Of a stretch of DNA of 48,106 nucleotides, positions 17,207 through 26,760 are shown piece after piece. The notes beneath the pieces were generated by a model. It searched no databases and was not told the DNA's origin. It was given only the letters and a program-made list of their open reading frames with translations. The stretch is from Ruthenibacterium sp. (GTDB lineage Bacteria; Bacillota; Clostridia; Oscillospirales; Ruminococcaceae): the NCBI GenBank assembly GCA_036643515.1, contig JAVXRV010000002.1:1-48106 (forward strand), written 5' to 3'. The position numbers were made by a program, and so were the translations under genes. Position 1 is the stretch's first letter. Each line of letters begins with the position of its first letter.

Positions 17207-18238
17207 CTATTTCAAATTCGTATAAATATCGCGGCCGATGACGTTTGCGATGGCACGGCCTTTTTCAATCGTGGTTTTAAATTTGTCGGGACGCAAGCTT
17301 TGCGCACCGTCGCTCCACGCTTTTTCGGGCGCTTGGTGCACCTCGATAAGCAACCCGTCAGCACCGGCGGCAATGGCGGCAAGCGACATGCTTTCCACAT
17401 AGTGATAATTGCCGGTGGCATGGCTGGGGTCGATGATGATGGGTAGGTGCGTCTTTTCTTTGATGATGGGCACCACCGATAAATCAAGCGTATTGCGGGT
17501 GTATTTTTCAAAAGTGCGAATGCCGCGCTCGCAAAAAATGACGTTTTCGTTGCCGCCCGCCATGATATATTCGGCCGACATAATCCATTCTTCAATCGTG
17601 TTGGCAAGGCCACGTTTGAGCAAAATCGGCTTTTTCATTTTGCCGACTGCTTTTAAAAGCTGAAAGTTTTGCATATTGCGTGCGCCGATTTGCACAAGGT
17701 CGACATATTCTTCAAACTCGTCGATGCGCTCCTCGCTCATAAGTTCGCTCACAATCGGCATACCGGTAGCCTCGCGCGCTTTGACCATGTCGAGAATGCC
17801 CTCCGTGCCAAGACCTTGAAACGCATACGGTGACGTACGCGGTTTATACGCGCCGCCGCGCAGCATACAGCCGCCCGCCGCCTTCACGGCCGCCGCGATA
17901 TCGAGCGTTTCCTGTGCGCCTTCAACGCTGCACGGGCCGCCGATGACGACGATTTTTTCATTGCCACCGATGGGAATGCCGCCGACGTTGATGATGGAAT
18001 CGGCCTCGTGGAACAGGCGATTTGCCTTTTTATACGGTTCGGATACGCGCTGTACATTCTCAACATATGGGTTGGCACGCACCTGTTTTTCGTCAATTTG
18101 CGTGGTGTCGCCCACAAGGCCGAACACGTTGTAGTCCGTGCCGCGAATCATCGTGACGGATAGACCTTTTGCCTCAAATTCTTTGATAATTTTATCAAGT
18201 TCCTCTGCGGGCGTGCCGCGTTTTGTGCTAATAATCAT
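17207..18238 (-). CDS. aroF: DAHP synthase, type I-beta with N-terminal regulatory domain
   Basis: GGPCSVE, GGAYKPRTSPY, QIGARNMQN, KRG, ERGIRTFE, DPSHATG, SDGAQS. Confidence 0.95.
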   Translation of the reverse strand: MIISTKRGTPAEELDKIIKEFEAKGLSVTMIRGTDYNVFGLVGDTTQIDEKQVRANPYVENVQRVSEPYKKANRLFHEADSIINVGGIPIGGNEKIVVIGGPCSVEGAQETLDIAAAVKAAGGCMLRGGAYKPRTSPYAFQGLGTEGILDMVKAREATGMPIVSELMSEERIDEFEEYVDLVQIGARNMQNFQLLKAVGKMKKPILLKRGLANTIEEWIMSAEYIMAGGNENVIFCERGIRTFEKYTRNTLDLSVVPIIKEKTHLPIIIDPSHATGNYHYVESMSLAAIAAGADGLLIEVHQAPEKAWSDGAQSLRPDKFKTTIEKGRAIANVIGRDIYTNLK

Positions 18239-18258
18239 ACATTTTTCTCCATTCTATT

Positions 18259-18696
18259 TTATATTGTTTGTATAGATTTGATGAGTGCCTCCATGGCATG
18301 GACGTATCCCTCGCGTCCTTCTCCGATAAAATGCCACTGACAGGCAAGCCCCGCATAGCTGATTTGGCGAAACGCTTCGCGCGTTGTCACGTCCGAAAGA
18401 TGCACCTCCGCCGCCGGCAGATTGACGGCTTTGAGCGCGTCTAAAATGGCGACGCTTGTGTGCGTGTAGGCGGCGGGGTTGATGATAATGCCGTCTTGTT
18501 TTTGGTAGGCGTGCTGAATGGCATCGACGAGTGCACCTTCGTGATTTGATTGAAAAAACGTCAGTTCTACGTTTCTTTTTTGTGCTTCCTGCGTTAGATA
18601 TTCCACCAGATTGTCATACGTCAGCGTGCCGTAAATCTCCGGTTCACGAATGCCCAGAAAGTTCAGATTCGGGCCGTTTAAAACAAGCAGTTTCAT
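18259..18696 (-). CDS. aroQ: Type II 3-dehydroquinate dehydratase
   Basis: LNGPNLNFLGIREPEIYG, QSNHEG, NPAAYTHTS, EVHLS. Confidence 0.95.
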   Translation of the reverse strand: MKLLVLNGPNLNFLGIREPEIYGTLTYDNLVEYLTQEAQKRNVELTFFQSNHEGALVDAIQHAYQKQDGIIINPAAYTHTSVAILDALKAVNLPAAEVHLSDVTTREAFRQISYAGLACQWHFIGEGREGYVHAMEALIKSIQTI

Positions 18697-19927
18697 CGAA
18701 AGCCTCCTTTATTTTTGTGGCGACAGCGGCAAGTGCGCCGCTGTTTTCAACCGTGACATCCGCGGCCGCGCGGTAAAGCGGCAGACGCTCTGCGTATAGT
18801 TTTTGCACGGCGGCCGTGTTTGGAGAGAGAGGACGCGACGCGCCTGTCGCAAGCGTATCCGTTGGCCGGTCGATGAAAATTAAAACACCGTTTTGGCGCA
18901 AGAGGCGCACGTTGTCTGCATTTTTCACAATGCCGCCGCCGGTGGCAATCACCTGACCGGTTTCTTTGGAAATTTCGGCGCAAATTTCATGTTCCAGCGC
19001 ACGAAACGCGTCCTCTCCTTTTGACGCAAACAGCGCCGCGATGGTGGTGTTTGCGCGGGATTCCACTGCATCGTCAAGGTCGATAAACGGTTTTTTCAGC
19101 AGCGCGGCACAACGTCTGCCAAGCACGGATTTGCCACTGCCGGGCATGCCGATGAGAATTAAATTCATGCGCTGTTTTAAAATTTCGTCCGTGATGCGTT
19201 TGATTTCGCTGTCTGGAAATGTGGTATTTAAAAAATATTCCGCGGCATATTTTGCCTGTGCCACAAGCATCAAAAGGCCGTTTGCCGCTTTGACACCAAG
19301 CTGACGCGCCTGCCAAAGCAGCCGTGTTTCAAGCGGATTGTACACCGCGTCAAACACGGCTTCAAGTGCCGGAAAGCCGGATAAATCAAGCAGACACGCG
19401 CCGTTTTGCGGATACATGCCGACAGGACTTGTGTTGACGATGATTTGCACATCGCGCCGCGCCGCCGCCTCGGCATACGTGAGCGTCTGCGCGGTTTTGG
19501 TGCGGCTGACACGCAAAACCTGCTTTGCACCGACGCTTTTTGCGGCGGCCTCCACGGTTTTTTGCGTGCCGCCTGTGCCTAAAATCAGCACTGTTTTGTC
19601 TGCGAGCGATACACCATTCGCGTGCACCAAATACAAAAAGCCCGCAAAATCGGTGTTTGTGCCAAAAAGCTTGCCGCCGCGATTGACAATCGTGTTCACC
19701 GCGCCGATTTCACGCGCTTTCTCATCGATTTCATCACAAAACGGCAATACAAATTCCTTGTAGGGAATGGTGACATTGATGGCCTTGAAATTTTTTTCGC
19801 ACAGCAATGCGGCGACGTCGCTTTCGTTTGCGAGCGGGCAGAGATCGTAGGTATAATCTGTCAACTGTTCGTGAATTTCTTTTGAAAAGCTATGCCTTAA
19901 TTTTGCGCCAATCAGTCCATATTCCAT
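18644..19927 (-). CDS. aroE: Shikimate dehydrogenase-shikimate kinase fusion (AroE-AroK)
   Basis: HSFS, NVTIPYK, GAVNT, NTD, GTGG; then the kinase half LIGMPGSGKS, IDLD, FRALE, ATGGG. Confidence 0.92.
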   Translation of the reverse strand: MEYGLIGAKLRHSFSKEIHEQLTDYTYDLCPLANESDVAALLCEKNFKAINVTIPYKEFVLPFCDEIDEKAREIGAVNTIVNRGGKLFGTNTDFAGFLYLVHANGVSLADKTVLILGTGGTQKTVEAAAKSVGAKQVLRVSRTKTAQTLTYAEAAARRDVQIIVNTSPVGMYPQNGACLLDLSGFPALEAVFDAVYNPLETRLLWQARQLGVKAANGLLMLVAQAKYAAEYFLNTTFPDSEIKRITDEILKQRMNLILIGMPGSGKSVLGRRCAALLKKPFIDLDDAVESRANTTIAALFASKGEDAFRALEHEICAEISKETGQVIATGGGIVKNADNVRLLRQNGVLIFIDRPTDTLATGASRPLSPNTAAVQKLYAERLPLYRAAADVTVENSGALAAVATKIKEAFDETACFKRPESELSGHS

Positions 19928-21033
19928 GCGCCGGCCTCCTGCCATTTTGTGCCGAGCGCCATCGTGCATAAATCTGCAAGGCCGAGCGCACACAGGCTGT
20001 CCTGCACCACGCGCGCGCGGTGGACAATGCACGGGTCGTGCCGTCCGCTGATTTGCAGCGTGGCGTTTTGTTTGGTTTCAAAATCGACTGTATTTTGCAT
20101 TTGATAGATGCTTGGCGTCGGTTTGACGACAGTGCGCAGCAAAATCGGCATGCCGTTTGTGATGCCGCCGTTGATGCCGCCGTTGTGGTTGGTGGCCGTG
20201 GCAATTTTACCGCTGCGCATACGAAACGCATCGTTTGCACTGCTGCCGCGCAAATTTGCAAACGCAAAACCGTCGCCAAATTCTACGCCCTTGACGGCCG
20301 GCATGCTGAATAAAAGCTCCGCCAAAACGCTTTCCACACTTGTGAAAAAAGGTTCACCAAAGCCGGCAGGCAAACCCAAAATCACCGTTTCAAGCACGCC
20401 GCCGACCGAATCGCCCTCGGCGGCAGCGGCCGTGATGGCGGCGGTCATCTCCTGCGCTTTGTCTGCGTCAAGCACGGCAAAATCCGCATGATTTAACGCG
20501 TTCGCCTGTGCTTTTAATGTATTTTCATCCGCCGAAAAAGCGGCATCTGCCACACCTGCGCATTGCAAAAGATGGGTGGCAATCGTCACGCCTTTGGCGG
20601 CGAAAAGCTTTGTGAAGATGCTGCCGGCGGCCACGAGCGGCGCTGTCAGCCGGCCGCTGAAATGCCCGCCGCCGCGCGCGTCTTGAAAGCCGTGATATTT
20701 GGCATATGCTGTGTAGTCGGCATGGCCGGGACGCAAAAGGCCGCTTGTTTTGGCATAATCGTCACTGTGCGCCGCCTTATTTTCAATTTGCAGCGTCAGC
20801 GCCGTGCCGGTTGTGATACCGTTGAAAACACCGGAGAGGATTTTTACGCTGTCTGCCTCCTGTCGGGCGGTGGAAATAGAACCTTTTGCACGTCGTTTGT
20901 CCATTTGCGACGCCATAAAATCCGTATCGACCGCCACACCTGCCGCAAGGCCGCCGAGCACCGCGCCGATGGCCGCGCCGTGGCTTTCGCCGAACAGGGT
21001 CAGCGTGATGGCATGTCCGAATGTATCTCTCAT
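19912..21033 (-). CDS. aroC: Chorismate synthase
   Basis: FGESHG, RPGHAD, GGGHFSGRLT, NGGINGGITNG, KPTPSI, GRHDPC. Confidence 0.96.
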   Translation of the reverse strand: MRDTFGHAITLTLFGESHGAAIGAVLGGLAAGVAVDTDFMASQMDKRRAKGSISTARQEADSVKILSGVFNGITTGTALTLQIENKAAHSDDYAKTSGLLRPGHADYTAYAKYHGFQDARGGGHFSGRLTAPLVAAGSIFTKLFAAKGVTIATHLLQCAGVADAAFSADENTLKAQANALNHADFAVLDADKAQEMTAAITAAAAEGDSVGGVLETVILGLPAGFGEPFFTSVESVLAELLFSMPAVKGVEFGDGFAFANLRGSSANDAFRMRSGKIATATNHNGGINGGITNGMPILLRTVVKPTPSIYQMQNTVDFETKQNATLQISGRHDPCIVHRARVVQDSLCALGLADLCTMALGTKWQEAGAWNMD

Positions 21034-22043
21034 CGAATGCCCTCCTTGACAATGGCGCGCAAGGACGCGAGCGGCACGGTTTCAAGCCGGCACTCCCCTG
21101 CTTTTGCCACTTTGACAAGCGTGATGGCATCGCCGCTCGCCTTTTTATCGTGCGTCATCAACTCAAAAATAGCGTCACCGTCATATTGCACCCGACACGG
21201 CAAGCCGAGTTTTTGGTACACGGCGCGTGCACGGCGGCGCAAGGCGGGCGTTTCAAGCATCGGCAACATACCGAGTGCCACGCATTCGCCATGGTATAAA
21301 TCGCCGAGATGACAATAACTTTCCACTGCGTGCCCGAGCGTATGACCGAAATTGAGCACCGCACGCAGGCCGGTTTCGCGCTCGTCTTGCTCGACGATAT
21401 TTTTTTTCACAATCAAGCTGCGGTAGATGATTTCTTCGATGTTTTCGTGTGCATCTTGGGTTTCAAACAGCGTAAACAAGTCCGCATCCGCAAGCAAACC
21501 CGCTTTGACCGCCTCGGCAAGACCGGCCGCAAAATGGCGCGGCGTTAAAGTGCTGAGCGCGGCGGTATCTGCCACCACAAGACTTGGCTGATAGAACGCA
21601 CCCACGACGTTTTTTGTGCCGCATAAGTTGACGGCCACCTTGCCGCCGATGGAGGAATCCACCTGCGCGAGCGTGGTGGTGGGGCAATTGATAAACGTGA
21701 TGCCGCGCATATAACTTGCGGCCACAAAACCCGCAAGGTCGCCCACAACGCCGCCGCCCACGGCGACAACCGCGTCGTTTCGGCCGAAATGATGCTCTAA
21801 AAGCTGCTTTGACAGCGCTTCAAAACAGGCGATGCTTTTGCTGGCTTCTCCCTGTGGCACCACGGCCAAAACGCCCTCGCCACACTGTTTTAACACCGTG
21901 TTTGCATACGCTTTCGGCACGCCGGAATCTGTGACCACAAGCACCTTGCGGTTGAGGTTAATCAGCTGTGACACACGGTGTAGCGCACCGGATTTTATGA
22001 TAATATCGTAACTGTGCTCCTGCAAGCGCATCGTTAATTTCAT
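21030..22043 (-). CDS. aroB: 3-dehydroquinate synthase
   Basis: GEASK, GGGVVGDLAGF, YMRG, PTTTLAQVDSSIGGK, KNVVGAF, LNFGHTLGHA, HGECVA. Confidence 0.96.
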   Translation of the reverse strand: MKLTMRLQEHSYDIIIKSGALHRVSQLINLNRKVLVVTDSGVPKAYANTVLKQCGEGVLAVVPQGEASKSIACFEALSKQLLEHHFGRNDAVVAVGGGVVGDLAGFVAASYMRGITFINCPTTTLAQVDSSIGGKVAVNLCGTKNVVGAFYQPSLVVADTAALSTLTPRHFAAGLAEAVKAGLLADADLFTLFETQDAHENIEEIIYRSLIVKKNIVEQDERETGLRAVLNFGHTLGHAVESYCHLGDLYHGECVALGMLPMLETPALRRRARAVYQKLGLPCRVQYDGDAIFELMTHDKKASGDAITLVKVAKAGECRLETVPLASLRAIVKEGIR

Positions 22044-23131
22044 CTTGTGTTCTCCTTTTCTGCGCGGTGATATACACCGAGCACGCGCACGCTTTTGCAC
22101 ACGCTTTGCAACGATGCAAGCAGCGCGTCTGCGCCGTGCACATCACCCACAAGCTCGGTGTAAAAATAATATTCCCACGACACGCGCGGCATCGGGCGGC
22201 TTTTGATGCATTCCATATTATAGCCTTTAGCGCCGATGATTTGAATGACGCGCGCCAAACTGCCGGCGGTATGTTCCACCGTGAAAAGCAGACAAAATCG
22301 ATTTCCGGCGGCCGGCAGTTCTTTGCCAATCACAATAAAGCGCGTGGTATTGTCGGTGCTTTCGTTGATGTCCTGTGCGAGAACGGTAAGGCCGTATAAA
22401 TCGGCCGTTTCTTTGGCGGCGATGGCCGCGATGGTTTTGTCGCCCGTTTCCGCCACAAACTGTGCGGCGACGGCGGTGTTGGGATATTCTTTTTGTGTGA
22501 CGTTTAAGTTTTTCAAAAATCGCGCCGACTGCTGCAATGCCTGCGGATGCGAGAGCACGGTTTTGATGTCGGCAAGGCACGCGCCCGGCACGCAGAGAAG
22601 GTTTTGCGTGACGGCAAGGTCGTACACCTGCGTGACGCAAATTTTCGGATGCGCAAAGCAGAGGTCAAGCACGTCTGCCACATCGCCCGCGTGGCTGTTT
22701 TCAAACGGCAGTACGCCATATGCGGCGCTGTCGTTTTCCACCGCGTCAAACACATCGCCAAAGCGCGCGCATGCTTTTGCCTGCGCATACGGAAACAATG
22801 CCGACAGCGCGATAAAGCTGAACGCACCCGGCACACCTTGATATGCCACGGTGTCGTCGCCGCGCAGCTTTGCCTGCCACGCACGCGAGAGCGCCATGTT
22901 GTGACGTATAAAATCTTCATAATACACGCGCAGCGCGGCGGCATCCGGCGGCAAAAGCGCCAGATTTTTCTGCACAACAGCTTCCTCGCGTGCGGCGTCT
23001 AAAATGGGCATTTGATGTTCTTTTTTATAGGCGAGCACGGCGCGCACGGCCTCCATACGGGTCGCGAAAAGCATCGCCATTTGTTTGTCTGCGGCATCAA
23101 TTTCCGCGCGGGCAGCGGATAAAGCGTCCAT
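22040..23131 (-). CDS. pheA: Bifunctional chorismate mutase/prephenate dehydratase
   Basis: CM domain RAEIDAADK...REE; PDT YQGVPGAFS, PFENS, SHPQAL, NTTRF; ACT-type KSRP. Extended -10 TGGTATACT at 23171-23163. Confidence 0.93.
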   Translation of the reverse strand: MDALSAARAEIDAADKQMAMLFATRMEAVRAVLAYKKEHQMPILDAAREEAVVQKNLALLPPDAAALRVYYEDFIRHNMALSRAWQAKLRGDDTVAYQGVPGAFSFIALSALFPYAQAKACARFGDVFDAVENDSAAYGVLPFENSHAGDVADVLDLCFAHPKICVTQVYDLAVTQNLLCVPGACLADIKTVLSHPQALQQSARFLKNLNVTQKEYPNTAVAAQFVAETGDKTIAAIAAKETADLYGLTVLAQDINESTDNTTRFIVIGKELPAAGNRFCLLFTVEHTAGSLARVIQIIGAKGYNMECIKSRPMPRVSWEYYFYTELVGDVHGADALLASLQSVCKSVRVLGVYHRAEKENTR

Positions 23132-23186
23132 ACACAATTCCTCCTGCTGTTTGTTGTTTTTAAGTATACCATATTTTTCCGCGAAT

Positions 23187-23420
23187 TTATACGTCGCTTT
23201 CCTCTGTGCCGAGATAGGTAAATCGGCGCACGGTTTGGCCGCCGTATTCCACCATTTCATTCCACATCGATGCCGGACGTACCCATATGCCGCCCTCGCC
23301 ATACACTGCGCGATACACCACCATTTCTTCAAGCGTTTCGCTGTGCCGTGCCATCGATAAAACGGCATATTCGTTGCCTTTAAAGTGCCGATAACGGCCG
23401 ATTTTTACAGTATATTCCAT
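23187..23420 (-). CDS. DUF1653 domain protein
   Basis: GRYRHFKGNEY...ARHSETLEEMVVYRAVYG...WVRPASMW. Confidence 0.9.
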   Translation of the reverse strand: MEYTVKIGRYRHFKGNEYAVLSMARHSETLEEMVVYRAVYGEGGIWVRPASMWNEMVEYGGQTVRRFTYLGTEESDV

Positions 23421-23455
23421 TTTTTTCATCCTTTGCATTGATTCACTACTGCAAA

Positions 23456-23488
23456 AGTATAGCACAATTTTTCTTTTTGTGCTATACT
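23456..23488. promoter_or_regulatory. Palindromic back-to-back extended -10 elements (bidirectional promoter)
   Basis: AGTATAGCACAA-9 nt-TTGTGCTATACT between divergent genes. Confidence 0.6.
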
Positions 23489-23513
23489 GTTACCTTATAA
23501 AGGGGGTGCTGCT

Positions 23514-24785
23514 ATGTCACGCACATTGCGCGTGCTTTTATGGCTTATCATGGTGCTTTTTTTCATGTGCGTGTTGCTTGGCGGCACACTGTATTATGCA
23601 TATTCCACCACAGATGCGACAGATTTTGACACACCGGCCGTCAGTTTGTGCGGTGAGGCGTTGACACCTTCAGCCGTGAACTGGCATGCACCGGTGCTCG
23701 GCGGCGTGCTGTATAAAGAAGTTTCACAGGCGATTGCCAAAATTTCAGACGTACCTGTGTTTGAAACGACCGAAATTTCTCTTGCGCTGCCTGAGGGCTA
23801 CACCGCGCATTATCAGTTGACAAAAGACGGCGCGGAAATTGCAAGCGGCAGCAGAACAGACGCAAGCGCGACGATTCATTTGACCGCGAACGGCACGTAT
23901 CATTTGGCACTCACCTTGCAAAAACCGCAGGAGGAGGGCAAAGCATACGGCACATTTACCTACGCGGACGATTTTAAGGTGCAGGTAAAGCCGAAAATTG
24001 TTTTTTCATCGACAAAAATTGACCAAGGCGGCGTGGTGGCCATTGAAGTGAGCGGCGTGTTGGACGGCAGTGTGGCCACCGTGGAAACCGACCTCAGTTT
24101 GGCGAAATTCACACACGTCGGCGACAAGCAGATGGCCTATCTCGGCGTTGCATACAACCGTGAGGCGGGCGATTATCCCATCAAGGTCACGTGCGGCGAT
24201 TTGAGCGAAACGCAAGTGATTACCGTGGTATACAACGCATTTACGCGGCAGGATATGACGATTGACACAAGCGTTTCTGACGACACCATGGACAATCCGA
24301 ACGGCGGCCCCGAATGGAGAAGCGTGATTTGGCCGCTGTTTTTGACGGCGGACGACACCACCTACTGGTCGGAAAAATTCATCCGCCCGATTGAGGGCGC
24401 CGTGAACACCGAATACGGCTTATTTCGCTATACCAACGGCTCAAAACAGGCCGAACGGCACGCGGGTGTCGATTTGGACGGCAACGAGGGCGACCCTGTA
24501 AAAGCGCCGAACAACGGCCGTGTGGTATACGCCGGCACGTTGATTTTTACTGGAAACACCGTTGTGATTGAACACGGAAACGGCCTCAAAAGCTATCTCT
24601 TTCACATGAGCCGTCTCGACGTGAAAGAGGGCGACATGGTGACGAGCGGGCAAATCATCGGCGCGGTGGGCAGCACCGGATATTCCACCGGCCCGCACCT
24701 GCATTATGAAGTGCGCATCGGCAACCAAAGCATCAATCCCATGGATTTATTCAGCGGACAATCGGGCTTATATTTCAAGTCCTAG
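23514..24785 (+). CDS. M23 family metallopeptidase with N-terminal membrane anchor
   Basis: HAGVD, GNTVVIEHG, HMS, STGPHLHYEV; N-terminal TM. Confidence 0.9.
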   Translation: MSRTLRVLLWLIMVLFFMCVLLGGTLYYAYSTTDATDFDTPAVSLCGEALTPSAVNWHAPVLGGVLYKEVSQAIAKISDVPVFETTEISLALPEGYTAHYQLTKDGAEIASGSRTDASATIHLTANGTYHLALTLQKPQEEGKAYGTFTYADDFKVQVKPKIVFSSTKIDQGGVVAIEVSGVLDGSVATVETDLSLAKFTHVGDKQMAYLGVAYNREAGDYPIKVTCGDLSETQVITVVYNAFTRQDMTIDTSVSDDTMDNPNGGPEWRSVIWPLFLTADDTTYWSEKFIRPIEGAVNTEYGLFRYTNGSKQAERHAGVDLDGNEGDPVKAPNNGRVVYAGTLIFTGNTVVIEHGNGLKSYLFHMSRLDVKEGDMVTSGQIIGAVGSTGYSTGPHLHYEVRIGNQSINPMDLFSGQSGLYFKS

Positions 24786-24812
24786 CGAATCATTTAAAAA
24801 GGAGGCAGAACC

Positions 24813-26642
24813 ATGCCGGAAACACCGAAAGATTCTCTCAACAAAAACGAACAGCAATTTTTTAACGATACCGAAAAAGCCGCAATGCCGGCCGTTTTGC
24901 CGCCCGATGCCGCACAAAAAGACACAAACGCAAACACGGACATTCCTGCGAACGCGCAGGCCGCCGCACAGACAGAAACAAGCACGCAACCGCGCGCAAA
25001 ATCTTTTGTGGCATCGCAAAAAGCGGTCAATGTACAAAAAAGCAAAAGTCCGCTGAAATTATTTGCTTTCAAAATGCAGCGCGGTGCAAATGATGCCGCC
25101 GCGCGCAGTGCCAATCAAAATCTCGATAAACTTCCGCCGCGCGTGCTGCTCAATGCCGTCGGCCAGCTTTTTTACCGCGTGGGCTTGCAGTGCGAATATT
25201 TATGTGTGCGCACAGCACGTGCCGTGCGCCATGCGTGCCATGCGTTTTTGCAAGGCGTTCTCCTGCTTGTGCATATGGTTGCGCGGCCGTTGCTCGGCTT
25301 TTTTCGAGGACTTTGGAACGATTTATCCGAGCCGGTGATCCACTTTTTCACAGGCTTTGCCCATATTGCGGGCGCGATGAAAGATGCCAAAAAGCAGGGT
25401 GAAAAAGCCTCCGGCGCGGGGTTTGCTTATCTTGCAAACGGGTTGAAAACCTATCGACATTTGTTTCTTTCTGCCGCGAGTTATCTTTTGCCGCTTTCTG
25501 CGGCGGCTGTGCTGTTTTTGACCATTCACACCGTGCTTGGCACGGATTATTCGCTCAAAGTGGAATATAAAGACCAATTGATAGGCTTTGTGGAAAATGA
25601 AAATGTGTGGGAAAACGCACAAAAATTGATTCGCAGCCGCATTCAGGCGTCCGGCTCTACCGAGGAATGGAGCGCTTCGCCGACGTTCGGCATCACAGCC
25701 GTGGACACGGCCGCGCGCAGCACATCTTCCAATCTGGCAGACACCATTGTGGCGATGTCGCCCGAGAAAATTCAGCAGGCCACCGGCCTTTATGTGGGCG
25801 ACACCTTGGTGGGCGTGTGTACGGAAGGCAAAAGGCTGCAAAATATGCTCGATGACGCGCTGGCAAATGCCGTGGCGCAAACACCGGACGCGCGTGCGGA
25901 ATTTGTGCAAAAGCTCGGCCTTGTTTCGGGGCTGTATTTTACAACTTCGCTCACCGATTTTACCGATATTGAACAGACGCTGCAAGCAACACAAGGCTTG
26001 CAGGTGAAAACCATTCTCAACCAGACCTATGAAGAAGAACTGGCGTTTAACACAGTGGAAACCGAGTCGGACAAGCTGTACAAGGGCGTCAAAAAAGTGC
26101 AGCAAAAAGGCGTCAACGGGCGCAAACGCGTCAATGCCGACGTGGTTTCCATCGATGGCATGGAGGTGGAGCGCCGCATTTTGTCGGAAGAACCGCTCGA
26201 AGCCGCGGTGGACAAAATTGTATTGGTCGGCACAAAAGAACTGCCGGTCGCGATGGGCAACAGCGGGCAAGTGGGCGGCGGTGCACTGTCGTTTCCTGTG
26301 CCGGGGTATAGCTATATTACCACGCGCTTTGGCGGCGGGCATCGCGGTGTTGACATCTGCGCGCCCTATGGTACGCCGATTTACGCTTGCGACGGCGGCA
26401 CAGTGGTGGAGGCCGGCTCGCATTACAGTTGGGGCAATTATATCAAAATTGACCACGGAAACGGCATGGCTACCTTGTATGCACACTGCTCATCATTGCT
26501 TGTGGGCGCGGGGCAAAGCGTTGCACGCGGACAGGCCATCGGCCTTGTGGGCGCAACCGGCGCAGCCTCGGGCAACCACTGTCATTTGGAAATGTATGCC
26601 GGTGGCGGGCTGACAAATCCGATGAACTATATCAGCGGATAA
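24813..26642 (+). CDS. Membrane M23 peptidase with G5 domain
   Basis: G5-like KVQQKGVNG...IVLVGTK; M23 HRGVD, WGNYIKIDHG, YAH, NHCHLE; internal TM segments. Confidence 0.9.
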   Translation: MPETPKDSLNKNEQQFFNDTEKAAMPAVLPPDAAQKDTNANTDIPANAQAAAQTETSTQPRAKSFVASQKAVNVQKSKSPLKLFAFKMQRGANDAAARSANQNLDKLPPRVLLNAVGQLFYRVGLQCEYLCVRTARAVRHACHAFLQGVLLLVHMVARPLLGFFRGLWNDLSEPVIHFFTGFAHIAGAMKDAKKQGEKASGAGFAYLANGLKTYRHLFLSAASYLLPLSAAAVLFLTIHTVLGTDYSLKVEYKDQLIGFVENENVWENAQKLIRSRIQASGSTEEWSASPTFGITAVDTAARSTSSNLADTIVAMSPEKIQQATGLYVGDTLVGVCTEGKRLQNMLDDALANAVAQTPDARAEFVQKLGLVSGLYFTTSLTDFTDIEQTLQATQGLQVKTILNQTYEEELAFNTVETESDKLYKGVKKVQQKGVNGRKRVNADVVSIDGMEVERRILSEEPLEAAVDKIVLVGTKELPVAMGNSGQVGGGALSFPVPGYSYITTRFGGGHRGVDICAPYGTPIYACDGGTVVEAGSHYSWGNYIKIDHGNGMATLYAHCSSLLVGAGQSVARGQAIGLVGATGAASGNHCHLEMYAGGGLTNPMNYISG

Positions 26643-26648
26643 AAAAAC

Positions 26649-26691
26649 AAACGCATTGTCCAAAACAAATCGTTTGGACAATGCGTTTTTT
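26649..26691. terminator. Bidirectional terminator
   Basis: AAACGCATTGTCCAAA...TTTGGACAATGCGTTTTTT. Confidence 0.8.
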
Positions 26692-26716
26692 ACTAAAACG
26701 TGGACTTGTTTATTAA

Positions 26717-26755
26717 AAAACTTATCCTATGTGTGTGCTATCGCACATGCACAAT
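26717..26755 (-). repeat. Dispersed bulged-hairpin repeat, copy 2
   Basis: Reverse complement matches 5011-5049 at 38/39. Confidence 0.85.
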
Positions 26756-26760
26756 TAAAA

